DNA from: Mobula hypostoma
Taxonomy: Eukaryota
Assembly: GCF_963921235.1 (NCBI RefSeq)
Contig: NC_086109.1
Span: 20,586,001 to 20,650,000, forward strand
Reading direction: 5' to 3'
DNA length: 64,000 nucleotides
The position numbers were made by a program, and so were the translations under genes. Below, piece by piece: positions 51,806 through 64,000 of this stretch. Under the pieces are notes generated by a model, which worked only from the letters and a program-made list of their open reading frames with translations, was not told where the DNA came from and searched no databases. The number at the start of each line of letters is the position of its first letter. Positions within the stretch are counted from its first letter, which is position 1.

Positions 51806-54164
51806 CTCAAATAACTAAATTAATATGAATTCGGCCAAAATTTTGCCCACACAGGCAGATGAAAATTGCCTTTTACCTAACTAATACAAACAGATTGCCA
51901 CATTAGCTGGATATAAATCCACAATAAAGCCTTGGACAGAAATGTTGCAATGGTTGATGTTCTACAAAAATATTGATCGAGTTATCCAAGTACGATAATC
52001 ATATTATTAGCAATGTAACCCAAGACAACCTGTACTATATGGGTTCAGGTAATAAAAGAACAAGTGTGTCTGAAAAACAATGTGATCTTGGGAAAAAAAC
52101 TGTGATAAAAATTCTTCATCTGTTTTGCAGCATGGAGACTTGATTGAGGGATTTTCACTGCCTATGTTTGGGATTACAGATATTCACAGCCTCAGTACAG
52201 GCTGGAACCTAACCAAACAGTGAGATAATTTAAATACAGAGTAAATGAATCTGATGTATTACAGTCTAAAAAAAGAGTCTAGCATCCATGGATTTATAAG
52301 GAGTATAAAAACACAAAATAATATTAAAGATTGTTATGATGAGAGATAAACTGACCAACTGATAACCAGATTGAGTTAAGCATAACTAAGGTCTACATTA
52401 AGGACTGTGCAAGGTTATATTCACATGAGCCACTACCCACAAGTCTAAATATATCTTGAATTTACTGTCACTCATCATCAGGGCCTGTAATATAATTTCA
52501 GCTTTTCCAAAACAAGCCTAGAAAATAGACATCACCTGTCCTAATCATCTTCAACATTACTTTAATTACTCTGTCATGATTACTGGGCTATCATCTATTA
52601 CAAATCAAATGTAAAATCCTTGCCTTTGACTATAAATCAAATCTCCAGCTTTGCAATGAATCTGAACATTACAGCTTGTTCCCCTTAATTTTCTGACTGC
52701 AAACGTCTTCTGCCTCCTGTGTCTCATCATCCTTTTGCTCTCAGTCGTAATTCACTGCAATAACCCCAGTGTGATCTTTTTATCTCAAATTTATTTTCAT
52801 CCTTTAAAACATCTTTTATAACAATTCCAGAGATCAATCCAAACATAATTATTCTCTGCATGTAATACTCCTTCGTACAGTCATTGGCATACTTTAAAAC
52901 TCCCAGGGGTATGTTAAGAATCAAATCAAAGTGTTGATTGGTTTTAAACAGCTGAGAAATATGTAAATTTGGATGATTTGTGTTCCAATACATGATCCAC
53001 ACAAAGTACATCAAATTGCAGATTCTAGATTTGTCAGTTAAAAGATGGGTGAGAATAAGATGTCAATCAATAACTTAAAACATCATAATTAGCAACAAAA
53101 ATGCCACAATGGTTTTCATCATTTTCTGAATCTTAAGAATCAATACCTTTCTGCTACAAAGCATGTCATACAGATAATTACAATCCCTGCCTTTCAGGCT
53201 CCTTTTCACTACTAGAATTGTTCCCATTGCATTTTATAGTTGTTTAACAATGATTTAGAAAGTAATACATGCAGAGGATAATGCTGATAGTACACCATAG
53301 TCATTCACCTCATTATAGGTGGTAACAAAAAAAATTAACATTTATGTCACATTTTCCTTTCATGCAACACCATGTTAATATTTAACATATACACGAATAT
53401 ATAGGTAGCATTTGCGATTCTGATTATTTAGGGGATACAGACAAGGTCAGAAACTGTGAAAGAGAGCACCAGTTATTAATAGCCAACACCCAAGAGCTAA
53501 CAGTGTACAATGGCCTTGAAATGGGTCCAAGTCAGTTATACTACATGGGCATTCTGAAAAGTTTCTCAGCTTTGCATTCATCTATTAATTCTACTGCAGT
53601 ACTTTGCGTGAAATCAGTGACATATTGCACTGCATGACACTGAGCACTCTCAAGATTGTAACAGTTAAAAAGGTTTAATACAAAGGAACAGTCCACAAAA
53701 CCTCTACTACAACTCAGATCATGACAAATATATAACATACCAATGCTCAAAGCCAGCTCAAAGAATAATACACAACGTACAACTATTTTAATACCATTTG
53801 AAGACTACATTATTAATTTCTCATCATGTTCCTTATGGAAAGAGAGCACACAAAACATTTAATAATAGCAGTTATATTCACTATAAAGATAGATTATTTT
53901 ATTCAGGGGCTAAAGTATGCATTCTTTGAGTCTTACTAGGCTAATTGAAAAGAAATAAATTAAGAGATTGTTCAATTAAGAGACTGCTGATATTGAATCT
54001 CTAATATTTTATTTTGTTGAATGTAGCACACAGAACCTTCCTCAAATGCTCAGAGTGATATTGTCCTGATAAGGTTTATCGGGGTTTGCTTGATTAAATG
54101 AAATCAAGGCAGAGGCTAAATTCAAAATTTTAAGTAAGATTTTAAAAATTAAATTTTATATATA

Positions 54165-54333
54165 GCAACATACAAAATGCTGGAGGAATTCAGCAGGTCT
54201 TCAGGACCTGAAAGTCTCGGCCCCAAATGTCAACTGTTTACTCATTTCCATAGTTGCTGCCAGACCTGCTGAGTTCCTCCAGCACTTGTGTGTGTTGCTC
54301 TGGATTTCCAGCACCTGCACATTCTCTTGTATT
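54165..54333. mobile_element. Short inverted-arm PLE remnant
   Basis: gcaacatacaaaatgctggaggaattcagcaggtc ... gacctgctgagttcctccagcacttgtgtgtgttgc plus a one-sided tail. Confidence 0.75.
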
Positions 54334-54477
54334 TAAATAAAATTGGCAGGTTCATAAAGAAAAACCAAAAGAATTAAATCTTTGCACACAAGATACGTTT
54401 AAGTTGGTAACTTTACTTACTTATTCTGTTGTTCAGGGGTAATCATAATTTCCAGGAATACCACTTTTGGGTAGATA

Positions 54478-54537
54478 CAGTAATGCGCAAAAGTCTTAGG
54501 CATCCATATATGTGCCCAAGACTTTTGCAGAGTACTG
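54478..54537. mobile_element. 60-bp Tc1/mariner-type MITE, solo copy, TA target duplication
   Basis: ta|cagtaatgcgcaaaagtcttaggcat ... gtgcccaagacttttgcagagtactg|ta. Confidence 0.85.
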
Positions 54538-54644
54538 TAGTTTAAAAATATATTTCTAAAATCTCTCATAGGCAGTAAGCACGTCTTCTCAGGGCATTGC
54601 AGCAGTGGACGAGATTACAGGGATAGGGAAGGTTAGGTACTCAC

Positions 54645-54717
54645 TTGTCTGAAACAGCTCGTGCTTTTAGCAGTGCGGCTGTATAGCATATAGTTGCTGA
54701 CTTTGGCAAGCTAATAT
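54645..54717 (-). CDS. st7l: ST7-family coding exon, 73 nt: (D)[23 protein letters not shown](K)
   Basis: Read by hand: gattgcag|ATATTAGC...GACAA|gtgagt; phases fit both neighbours. Confidence 0.95.
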
Positions 54718-55282
54718 CTGCAATCAAAGACAAGATAAGTCAGGGTACATATTCTATACAAGATGATATTCAGCTTTATCACAACAAAGTCCATGTAAAT
54801 GAGCTACCAATAACTCCCTGGACTCAGTTTCCTATGCAAACTATCTGAAATCGTGCCCCAAAACTCGTATCAATTACTTTAACATCCACCAACAAAGCTA
54901 CTTAGGTAAAAACTAAGTGCGGTTTTGTAATTTTCTTTACGCTACTACACTAATCCAAAAACAAATGTCTATTTTGCTGCAGTTCATAAAGCTATTTTCA
55001 CCCTGACAAAATAAATCCAAGAATGCATGCAAAGGAATTAGCCTCAAACAACAGAACCAAATACTGTACGGACAATGATAGCATCTGTAAAACAGATAAA
55101 TACAAGCTGACAAGGCTTAGTGTATTTCTTCAATGAGGAAGGTATTGAAGAAACAAACTAAGATAGGATTTTTGAACGATACAGGTTTTCTCTGCAGTTA
55201 AAAGCAACTTTTCAAAAGGTCTAAAAATAGTTGCTGTTCATAAACTGAATCATGAAGATTTTTGTGAGGTTTTTAATTTTAT

Positions 55283-55546
55283 TTTAGAGAAACGGTACAG
55301 AACAGGCCCTCCCGGAAAATCAAACTGCACCACCCAGCAACCTACCTAATCACAGGACAATTTACAATGACCAAATAACCTACTAACCAGTATGTCTTGG
55401 GATTGTGGGAGGAAATCAGAGCACTCTTGAGGAAACCCACGCACTCAGAACAAGCATGTACAAACTTCTTATGGACAGCATTGGAATTGAATTCCAGACT
55501 CCAAGGTCCTGAGCTGTGATGACACCACACTAACCACTACACTACT
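55283..55546 (-). mobile_element. V-domain SINE with CR1-type tail
   Basis: Colinear with 2541-2758 and 57716-57997. Confidence 0.75.
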
Positions 55547-55935
55547 GTTGGGAGGTAGCAAACAGATAAGGGATAAAGGAAATGCTCTCCCATAGGCAGA
55601 GTGTAGCAAGCTCTGATCTCTTCAGACTATACTCTGTACTCAGCATTTAACCATATACATTTATGATTTGCATAAAGTTGTGTACTCAAGTTAACAAGTG
55701 ACTGTTCAATCCTACGGTACAATACACACAGGGTCAGGAAGTTAAAAAACAGACCTGGCAAATGGGCAAAACTGTAGTAGACTATGATTAATAAGAAAAA
55801 ACATTAGGAGTATGAGCAAAGGACACCTAGATGGAGGGTTATACAGGAAGGAAGAGCTAGACTGATTCTTACAGTAGGTTAAAAGGTTGACACAACATTG
55901 CGCTGAAAAGTTATATGTTCTATGTTCATACTGAA

Positions 55936-56014
55936 CAGGGGTTCCCAACCTTGGATCCACAAACCCCTTGTTTGATGGTGTTGGTCAAGGCATAAAAGAG
56001 GTTGGAGACCCCTA
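55936..56014. mobile_element. Short hAT-like MITE (related truncated reverse copy at about 4330-4393)
   Basis: caggggttcccaacct ... aggttggagacccct termini; target duplication not evident. Confidence 0.6.
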
Positions 56015-56341
56015 GAAGATGCCCTCTTCTCCCATTGTAATGCAAATGTAACTACCTAAAAGGTGTCCTTTGCTCATACTTCTGATGTGGTTAAAGCTGC
56101 ACTACAATGAAAGAAGTGCAATCACTTGAAGGCATTCTGTTGAAGAAATTCTTTGATATCAGCAGACGAGTTTCAGAATGTGCTCTACAACAAGCATGAA
56201 GGAAAATAATGTGTTTGGAAAAAAGCACTTGACAAGGTGAACAATGAGCTCTGGTGCCGAAGAGAAACAAATGCAAACACATGGTACTGAACAGACTTCA
56301 AGTTTTGTAATTATATTTTTGCCTTAATTTTAGATACTTAC

Positions 56342-56456
56342 CGTCGTATTTGGCCAAGACTACCTGTACATCAGCATATGCCTGAAGCTCCAAAAGAGCT
56401 TCTAATAAATTTTCATGGATATTCAACATACTAAGGAGTGGAAACTCTTTCATTAA
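56342..56456 (-). CDS. st7l: ST7-family coding exon, 115 nt: [38 protein letters not shown]
   Basis: Within ORF 56298..56525; ttttgcag|TTA ... GACG|gtaagt. Confidence 0.96.
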
Positions 56457-57274
56457 CTGCAAAAGAATATGGTAAATAGAATTGATTATCAAATGCCATG
56501 TAACGAAAATAACAAAGCTAATCATTTAATATTGTGTCTACATCCATGTTATGTAAGGTTGTGTGCACTAAGGTTATTTGAATGGTATAATCAGTAAGTT
56601 ATCCAGGTTCTCTCTACAGAGAAAGGAAAATCTGGCAAACTGGTTCACATCATGGAGACGGATCCTTCCTTTCCATGTATAAACAGACTGTCCTGTAAAA
56701 GGCTGATAATGTGTAGAAAAGAAAACTTAGCATGTGTTCATAAAAGCATCACAACTATGATTGGTAAGCCTTTGTATTAAACCTGTGTAAAGATGAGATA
56801 AGATCAATTCTATCTACTGGAATTTATCACTGACACAGAGCGATTTGATGTTCGTCAGTTGTAGTGCCTTTTAAATCCATGGGCCACCAGGTTGCAGGCG
56901 TTGTTAGGGAGATGTATGCTTTTCATCTGCTTCAATGTTAGTCAGGGTATGGGGATAGCTATTCATTCTTCAAGTAGCCAAGGGACCTTAAAATTTCAAT
57001 CAAATTAGTGCACTGGGTTCTCCCAATACAAAGAGACCATTCACCAATGCTGTTTCAACGGAACTGCCCAAACCCAAGCACAAGATATCCCAAACCAGCA
57101 GACAAATGGGAATGCATCTAATTCTAGTTCATCTTGAAATTAAAACTTTGGGCCAAAGTAAGGCTATACAAGAGATTTAAGGTAGGCTTGACCATTACAA
57201 GTGAAAGACACAGATGATGCTGAGATGCAGTTGTTTCTGCAGCTCTGTGAAGAAAATATTGCCTTGTTACGTAC

Positions 57275-57372
57275 ATCTCTCATTAGTTTCACTGCTTCTC
57301 GTATTCTTCCCAGTTTTCTCGCACACATTGCAAGCCTTCGTTTGATGTAAACTAAGACATTTGTGTCTCGCC
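57275..57372 (-). CDS. st7l: ST7-family coding exon, 98 nt: [33 protein letters not shown]
   Basis: Within ORF 57164..57379; tttgtcag|GG ... GAT|gtacgt. Confidence 0.96.
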
Positions 57373-57715
57373 CTGACAAAATAAGATGGAGGTCTTATTA
57401 AAGTTCACACCATTTTAAAATGAAAGTGAGTTATTAATGTCAGATGACCATATGAAAATCAGCTTCAACCTTCAATTAAATGGTACAAGGAATCTTAGTC
57501 TGGTATTACAATTAAATTTTGTAATTCTAATCCTGGATTTCAAATCTATTCTTGGCCTTGGCCCCTCTCTAGCTCTGTAGCTCCCTCCATTCTTGCAAAC
57601 TACTAAGTTCTTGCTATTCTAATCTTTACAGTTAAAATCGCTCCACCTTTGCCAGTCAAGCCTTCAGTTATCCCAGTCTAACTTACCAAATTTCCTCTCA
57701 AAGATTTATTTCAAT

Positions 57716-57997
57716 TATTTAGAGATTCAGCACGGAACAGGCCCTTTCGGTTTAATGAGCTGTACGACCTAGCAACCCATCTATTTCACCCTAGCCTTAT
57801 CACAGGACAATTTACAATGACTAATTAACCTACTAACCAGTACGTCTTTGGACTGTGGGAGGAAACTGATGCACCCGGAGGAGACCTACATGGTCACAGG
57901 GACACATACTCGTTACAGATAGCGCTGAAACTGAGCTATGAATTCTGATGCCCTGAGCTTAATAGTGATTTGCTAACCACTACACTATCGTAGTAGC
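57716..57997 (-). mobile_element. V-domain SINE with CR1-type tail
   Basis: tacgtctttggactgtgggaggaaactgatgcacccggaggagacc; gctaaccactacac. Confidence 0.78.
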
Positions 57998-58087
57998 CCT
58001 ATGACATTAGACTTAGTCATTTAAGTAGCTTGGGAAAGCCTCTCTCTGATCAAACCTTAGGTCGCTCATCCCATTATCTTTTAATGT

Positions 58088-59060
58088 GTACTGTCATAGG
58101 CCAAGTCAAAGGTGGTGATGAATCAGCACGTAGGAAGGAGATTGAAAATCTGGCTGAGTGGTGCCACAACAACCTCTTACTCAGTATCAGCAAGATCAAG
58201 GAGCCGATCATTGACTTCAGGAGGAGGAAACCAGAGGTTTATGAGCCAGTCCTCAGAGGATCAAAGGTAGAGAGGGTCAGCAACTTGAAATTCCCTGTTA
58301 TCATCATTTTGGAGGACCTGTCCTGGGCCCAGCATGTAATTATGATGAAAGTACGGCAGTGCCTCTAGTAGGAGTTTGTGAAGATTCGACATGACATCTA
58401 AAATTTAGACAAACTTCTATAGAAGTATGCTGGAGAGTATAATGACTGGCTGCTTCACAGCCTGGTATGGAAATACCAATGCCCTTGAATGGAAAATCCT
58501 ACAAAAAGTAGTGGATCCAGCCCAGGCCATTATGGGTAAGGCCCTTCCCACCACTGAGCACATCTGCATGGAGTACTGATACAGAAAAGCAGCATCCATC
58601 ATCAGGGACACCAGCTACCCAAGTTATGCTCTCTTCTTGATGCTGCCATCAGGAAGGTGGTACAGGAGCCTCAGGATTCACATCACCAGGTTCAGGAATG
58701 GTTATTACCCTTCAACCATCAGATTCTTGAACCAAAGGGGATAACTTCACTCAACTTCACTTGCCCCATCGTTGAAATATTCCCACAACCTATAGACTCA
58801 TTTTCAAGGACTCTTCATCTCATGTTCTTAATATTTATTGCTTATTTAATTATTTATTATTATTTCCCCTCTTTTTGTATTTGCAGTTTGTTGTCTTTTG
58901 CACACTGGTTGAACACCCTAGCAGATGTGGTCTTTCACTGATTCTATTATGATCATTTTCAATTATGGATTTATTGTGTATGCCCACAAGAAAATGAATC
59001 TCAGGGTTGTGTATGGTGACGTACATATGTTCTTTGATAATAAGTTTACTTTGTACTTTG
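58088..59060 (+). mobile_element. Rex1/Babar LINE 3' portion
   Basis: GGDESARRKEIENLAEWCHNNLLLSISKIKEPIIDFRR; ESIMTGCFTAWYGN; Rex1-type tail. Confidence 0.88.
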
Positions 59061-59919
59061 CTACAAGTTCTATGAAAACCTTTGGTTATTTCATTCAGCT
59101 ACGCAAACAATATAAACACAAGGAGCGGTTGTTAATATTGTAACGGTGTAAACTTGTCACACTATTGTTTTCTTGGGAATGATGCCTGCTGATCTCCAGA
59201 GTTCAATCTTCTGACCACTCTATTACAACCCTCAGTGGAATCAAAATGTACAAACTTACAGTAATTAAATCACATTCAAAATATTGCACAAATGCAGTTA
59301 AGAAATATCAGTATTGTTCTTTTATCAAGTCTATGTAAACCATAAGAACCAAATGTTACAAATCAAAGAATCACACTGAAACATTTTCCAATGTAACTTT
59401 CACATTTCAATACATCTTGAATGACACTATCTGGGTGGAGCTGGATGCAGTGGATTACTACAGCAGAGAGACAAAAGCCTACATTCTGGAGCAACAAAAA
59501 ATGTTAGAAGAACTCAGTGGGTCCCTACACCCTACACCTTTCTCCCAAATGGCACAACTGGCCTGAAATCTTAAACCCCTCTCCAGTCCACAAATCACCT
59601 CAAACTTCTGTCTCACCTTCCCCCTTCTCTTTATTCTGACCATCTCACCTTTCCACACTCACCCAGATAAGAGTTTTGACCCAAAATGTCAACAATTCCT
59701 TTGCTTCCACAGATGCAGCTCAACTTGCTGAATTCCTCCAGTTTTTCATTTCCAGTTGCAGTTTCTCTTTTATTGCTTGTCAATAAAACTATTATATTCC
59801 TTTAGTATACTGCAACTCACTGTGAAATGCTGGCACAAGTGGGGAAGTGTTGCAGGAACTTCCCTTAATGTATTTATACAGCAACACATCAAAAGCTATG
59901 GCATAGTTAGGGAGCTTAC

Positions 59920-60074
59920 TGTGCTGTGCTTCTTGCTGTGGACCATGGTGCTGAAGCTGCTGGCTCCTCCTGTAGCACACCTCACCAGCTTTCAGTGCCT
60001 GCTTAAATAGTTTCTCAGCTTCAAGTATTGTCGTCGTCTCTTCCTCGGCCAGGAGAACATATGCAGTGGCACAC
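59920..60074 (-). CDS. st7l: ST7-family coding exon, 155 nt: CATAYVLLAEEETTTILEAEKLFKQALKAGEVCYRRSQQLQHHGPQQEAQH
   Basis: Within ORF 59792..60100; acceptor cctag|G, donor A|gtaagc; near-identical to recalled ST7/ST7L protein. Confidence 0.96.
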
Positions 60075-62357
60075 CTAGGTGGAAAAGAAACAGTTGACAC
60101 ACTATAGTCGGCACGTATATCCGTTTAGAATTGTGCACATCAAACCTTTAAAAAATTTAGCTAGTTTATCCTTACAACACATTCACTTGAGATGAGATGG
60201 AGGTGATTAGAAATTCGACAGTTTCATCTTGCTCCGAGGGATACAACTATGACCCAAAGTGAATGTTAACTCCTTGAAGGAATTATCCAGTCAAGTTTAC
60301 ATCTTTTGTTACTTTTGCCTACAGCTGACACCCTTTCAAATATTTCCTCACCATCTGTTATGCCAAAGAGAAAGGCCATTCTGCCCATTAATTTAATGCC
60401 AGCTCACATGGCCATTCAATCAGTCCTACTTATTTCCACAAGATAGTGCCCAAGGACAGGATTGAACCAAGATTGCTGGAGCTCTGTATCAACAGTACTA
60501 ATTGCTGTCCCACCCTGCCACCTTTTAAAAAGAGCTGAAAGCAGATTCCCTGAATTCCCTTCTCATATACAGGTGTCCTTAAAAAAAATACAATAAGTTA
60601 ATAACAAACTAATTTTCTGGACATGGCTTGAAATAAATGAAGAAAGAGGATTACAATACCTTACAGTTTAATTTTCTAATTAGGATAAGCTAATTTACAA
60701 AATGCAATCACTTCAGAGGCAAGCTTTGGAAATTATGCAAAACTAATTCCATCCTGACACTATAACCTTTATTAAATTTAAGTTAACTGAAGAGGCTTTC
60801 CCTCAATCCCCACAAATACTGAGGATCGGACAACTGCACGAATCACATTAAACAGGCTGAATCTTGATTTTGTTTTGGATCAGATTAGCTATTTAGCCGA
60901 CAGGCATGGCATCTTAAATTCACTGGATGAAACTTTTCAGCAGTTCAAATCTCCAGAAATCTCACACTCCTTTCTGCATCTGTTTTTCAATTAGAGCAAA
61001 ACATGTAATTCAACTTCACAAATAAATAACCTGAAAAATCGCCTTAAAGGTTTGAAGTGGTGAGATGAGTAGGGATACCGATTGAATGCAACGTGACTAT
61101 TACCATAGTAAAATATTTGAGGGCCAAGAGTCAGAGATGCTCTACCACTTGTCCAAGATCCTTATTCATCTTGCATAAAGATATACCATGGTCAGAACTC
61201 CTGATGCAGCATCCCATTCACATTCTAATCCGGACAAAAGCATGCAGAGTAAAATGTCCTCATTTCACAGCAAAGAACCTCATCCAATTAAAGCTTTTCT
61301 TCTAAAACTCAATTTTTGGAAACCCATGCTTGTCACCATCTCATTATTGCATTTGAGAATTTCAATTCTTCTGACTATAAATTCAATAGCATCCTAATAG
61401 GACAGGGGACCAACAATGGTTTTGGCCAGAGAGCAAAGCTTCAGGTGCTACAAATGGGTATGGCCCTTTCTCCAGAATCAAGATGGAAACTGCTGATCCT
61501 GTCCAGAGGGTAGAGGATATTAGGATAAAAGTTGGTCTTCACAGGATGCACGATAGTTTCCCTTCTTATATTTTTTTTTATTCACATCGCCATAGATTCT
61601 TATCATCATTGGCCATTACCACTTTGCTCACACTCTTTATTGCTTTTGTATTAAGGGCATTTTTATACCATAAGATTAGGTACTTGGAGCAAAATGTTAC
61701 ATTTTTTTTAATAAGACGGCTGCAGAATTTGGAGTCAGGGTTACATCCAGTGCTTTCCATTTTTGCTGCGTTCACTGCGTCAATTTCACATCTTTTATCA
61801 GACTCTGTGTTCCACCAGTTACACTTCCTTAAGTGAATGTCCTTTATGTTGTAATACTTATCACACCTTCAGGATCTCTGAAAGCTATACAAATTAGACC
61901 CACCTTGTTCTTTATCAGCATTTTTATGTAGATCCTTCCACCCACCCCAGAAACAGTCAAACAGCTCTTTGTCTAAATGCAATTTAAGTAAAAGTTCTAA
62001 AAAAAACCTTCAAAATACGAAAATGCAACCTGAAACTCATATACCTTTATGCTACAAGTGATTTCCAGTGTAAATTGAGCACCTTTTTAATGCACTATTC
62101 AACTTACTGAACTTTCCTCAGCAATACATTAATACAACCTTTAAGCAATTTACAGTTTCACTATTTATAAAATGCAACATTCATTAAGTTCAAGACAGAG
62201 ATAAGAATAAGGAGATCACACACTGAAGCAACTGAATTAAAAGAAAAATGGGTTCAACAGTCAAGTGGATCAAAGAGCTTCAAGAGTTTGATGTAGACAA
62301 CATAGGAAGAGTGTGTAATTGAAATTAGAGAATCACATTTGGCAGTACAGAACATAC

Positions 62358-62436
62358 TCATTGTTTAATTCCAATGCTTGATACGCTGCTTTCATTCTAG
62401 CTTGAGCATTCCTCTCTCGCCAAGCTTTCTGCATCA
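62358..62436 (-). CDS. st7l: ST7-family (probably ST7L) coding exon, 79 nt: (V)MQKAWRERNAQARMKAAYQALELNN(E)
   Basis: Read by hand on the minus strand (not in the ORF track): ttcttaacag|TGATGCAG...AACAATGA|gtatgt. Matches the ST7/ST7L motif MQKAWRERN; its phase joins the next exon. Confidence 0.93.
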
Positions 62437-64000
62437 CTGTTAAGAAAAACAAATGTCAATAAAATGTTTATTTACATCTGACACTCACCAGCATAGCAGA
62501 AGAAAAACTGGACAGGGAGAAGAAAAAAAAATCACATTATTTAAGCCCTCATTTGATTAGAAAGTCATTAATTCTTTCCAGCTAGAAAAGACAGATGTTC
62601 TAAGATGGATAGGTGCAACTCAATAGACAGGAATTTAAAAACTAATACTATTAAAACAATGATTCATGCTGCGTTGCCAACAGCCACATGATCCCAAGGA
62701 AACAAGTTTGGAATGTTACACATGGCATCTTAAAAATGCCATCTGACACATCAATAGAAAGATGTCAGTCTAATGCTTCTTCACATGAAACGTGGCAGAT
62801 GTTGAAGAAAAATCAAAATGTTTACTCCATCAGCTTTTGTTTGGTGAAAACCTGGACTGTTGCGGTAATTAAGCACTCAAGTGAAGGCACTCCCAAATCC
62901 CTGGTTTGTGCTAACTCTGCTGTCGTCAGAAGGGTAGCACATACACAAGTTGGGCTCAGAGTTCCATACTCAAAAGCAAAGGCAAGCCACATCCTGGTGG
63001 GTCTGATGTTTCTCATTTTGACTTCTGGCATTTCACATGTTTAGTGGATGAAAAATAATTTAACCAATGCATGGCAATAGAACTGAACAGACATAAATGT
63101 CCAACACTGAGCATTTACTTTACACTTTGTTTTCCTACTAAAACCATCAATGTAAGTAACCCAAAACAACTACGGTCTCACATCAGTGGCCCTGCAGTGA
63201 CTACAAAGGAAGGATGCAATTACTGTGCTGCAAGGTGACAGGTAATTTCCACTGAAACAATTGACAGAGGGGTTTATACTAGAATATTTTAAAATAAAGT
63301 ACTGACCAATTCCTCACTGATGAAGGTGCAGTCCTTTGTTACACCCATGTCCTGTCTACTTAATCTCAACCATTTGCAAAACTGTCATGAAAATGTTGGA
63401 AAAAAGCTGCAAGGGCTTACCCAATACTTTTTTTCTGTAAGTTTGTAATTAAAGCAGACGGGCGTTTCTATTTGTGCAATTTTTCATTGTCCATGTTCCC
63501 AATTTTTCCCAGCAATGACTATAGCTCAGAACTAACCAATTGTTTTAAAGCATTTTGGGATGGCCTGTCATAAAAGGTGTTTTGCAAATACAAGTTCCAA
63601 AACCACAAGTGACATTTAGAACAGTATGCATCAATTGGAGAAAAGATAATAAGGTTCATGTTAGCACTGTGCTAAATAAAATGGACTACAAGTACAATGA
63701 ACTTCCTCTAGAAATCTATCAAATGGAAGAACTTGGATTCATTGCATGACTTCAGTGCAAAAAGGTCTGATCTTAATGAAGTTACAAGTGCAATCTCTAC
63801 TGAGAATTATGCTCAAGAAATTAACATTTATTTCTCCTTTAACAGATGTTGCCCAACTTGTTGAACCATCAATACTTTGGTTTTATGTTTATTTCATAGT
63901 GAAAAGGAGCAGTAGGCCCTCAGATCCTTCCCACAGATGCCAAAAGTACCCCTAGGTGAAAACACTTCAGGAAACAGGAACAATATGAAAATAATGAAAG

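Noticed and set aside
60850..61500. Possible very old L1/Tx1 RT remnant on the minus strand
   Set aside because: Only faint motif echoes (LLN, GF, KAF); cannot be supported without an HMM search.
60075..62357. Equivalent of the mammalian ST7 alternative exon (IRSRVEV...) and ORFs 61483..61836 / 61578..61775
   Set aside because: No similar peptide or convincing phase-compatible splice sites found; the ORFs look random.
4520..62436. Minor (U12) introns
   Set aside because: All donors are ordinary GTRNG-like or GTACGT; none has GTATCCT/ATATCCT.
1..64000. CRISPR array, operons or other prokaryotic or viral systems
   Set aside because: No regularly spaced repeats or long uninterrupted ORFs; content is fully consistent with a vertebrate intron-rich locus.

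Overview
Vertebrate genomic DNA. The repeat landscape (CR1, Rex1/Babar, Neptune-type Penelope, V-domain and Deu-domain SINEs, Tc1) suggests a cartilaginous fish, probably a ray; this is inference. The window holds nine consecutive minus-strand coding exons (62436 down to 4520) of an ST7-family gene, most likely st7l. All nine have GT-AG boundaries and splice into one open frame of 1007 nt. The 5' exons lie beyond the window, and a candidate terminal exon sits at about 2075. The introns are packed with transposon relics. The most notable structural signal is a family of Penelope-like insertions built as inverted-arm hairpins, with 13-14 bp target-site duplications and a 36-38 nt one-sided tail. 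Their arms carry minimal hammerhead ribozyme motifs, with two textbook copies at 48826-48867 (-) and 49337-49378 (+). Other highlights are a full-length disabled DD34E Tc1, a 332-bp almost fully palindromic hAT MITE, a putative composite transposon made of two ~60-bp MITEs flanking cargo, and an internally deleted Rex1-type LINE. Repeat family names come from motif recall rather than database searches, and boundaries of old repeats are approximate.
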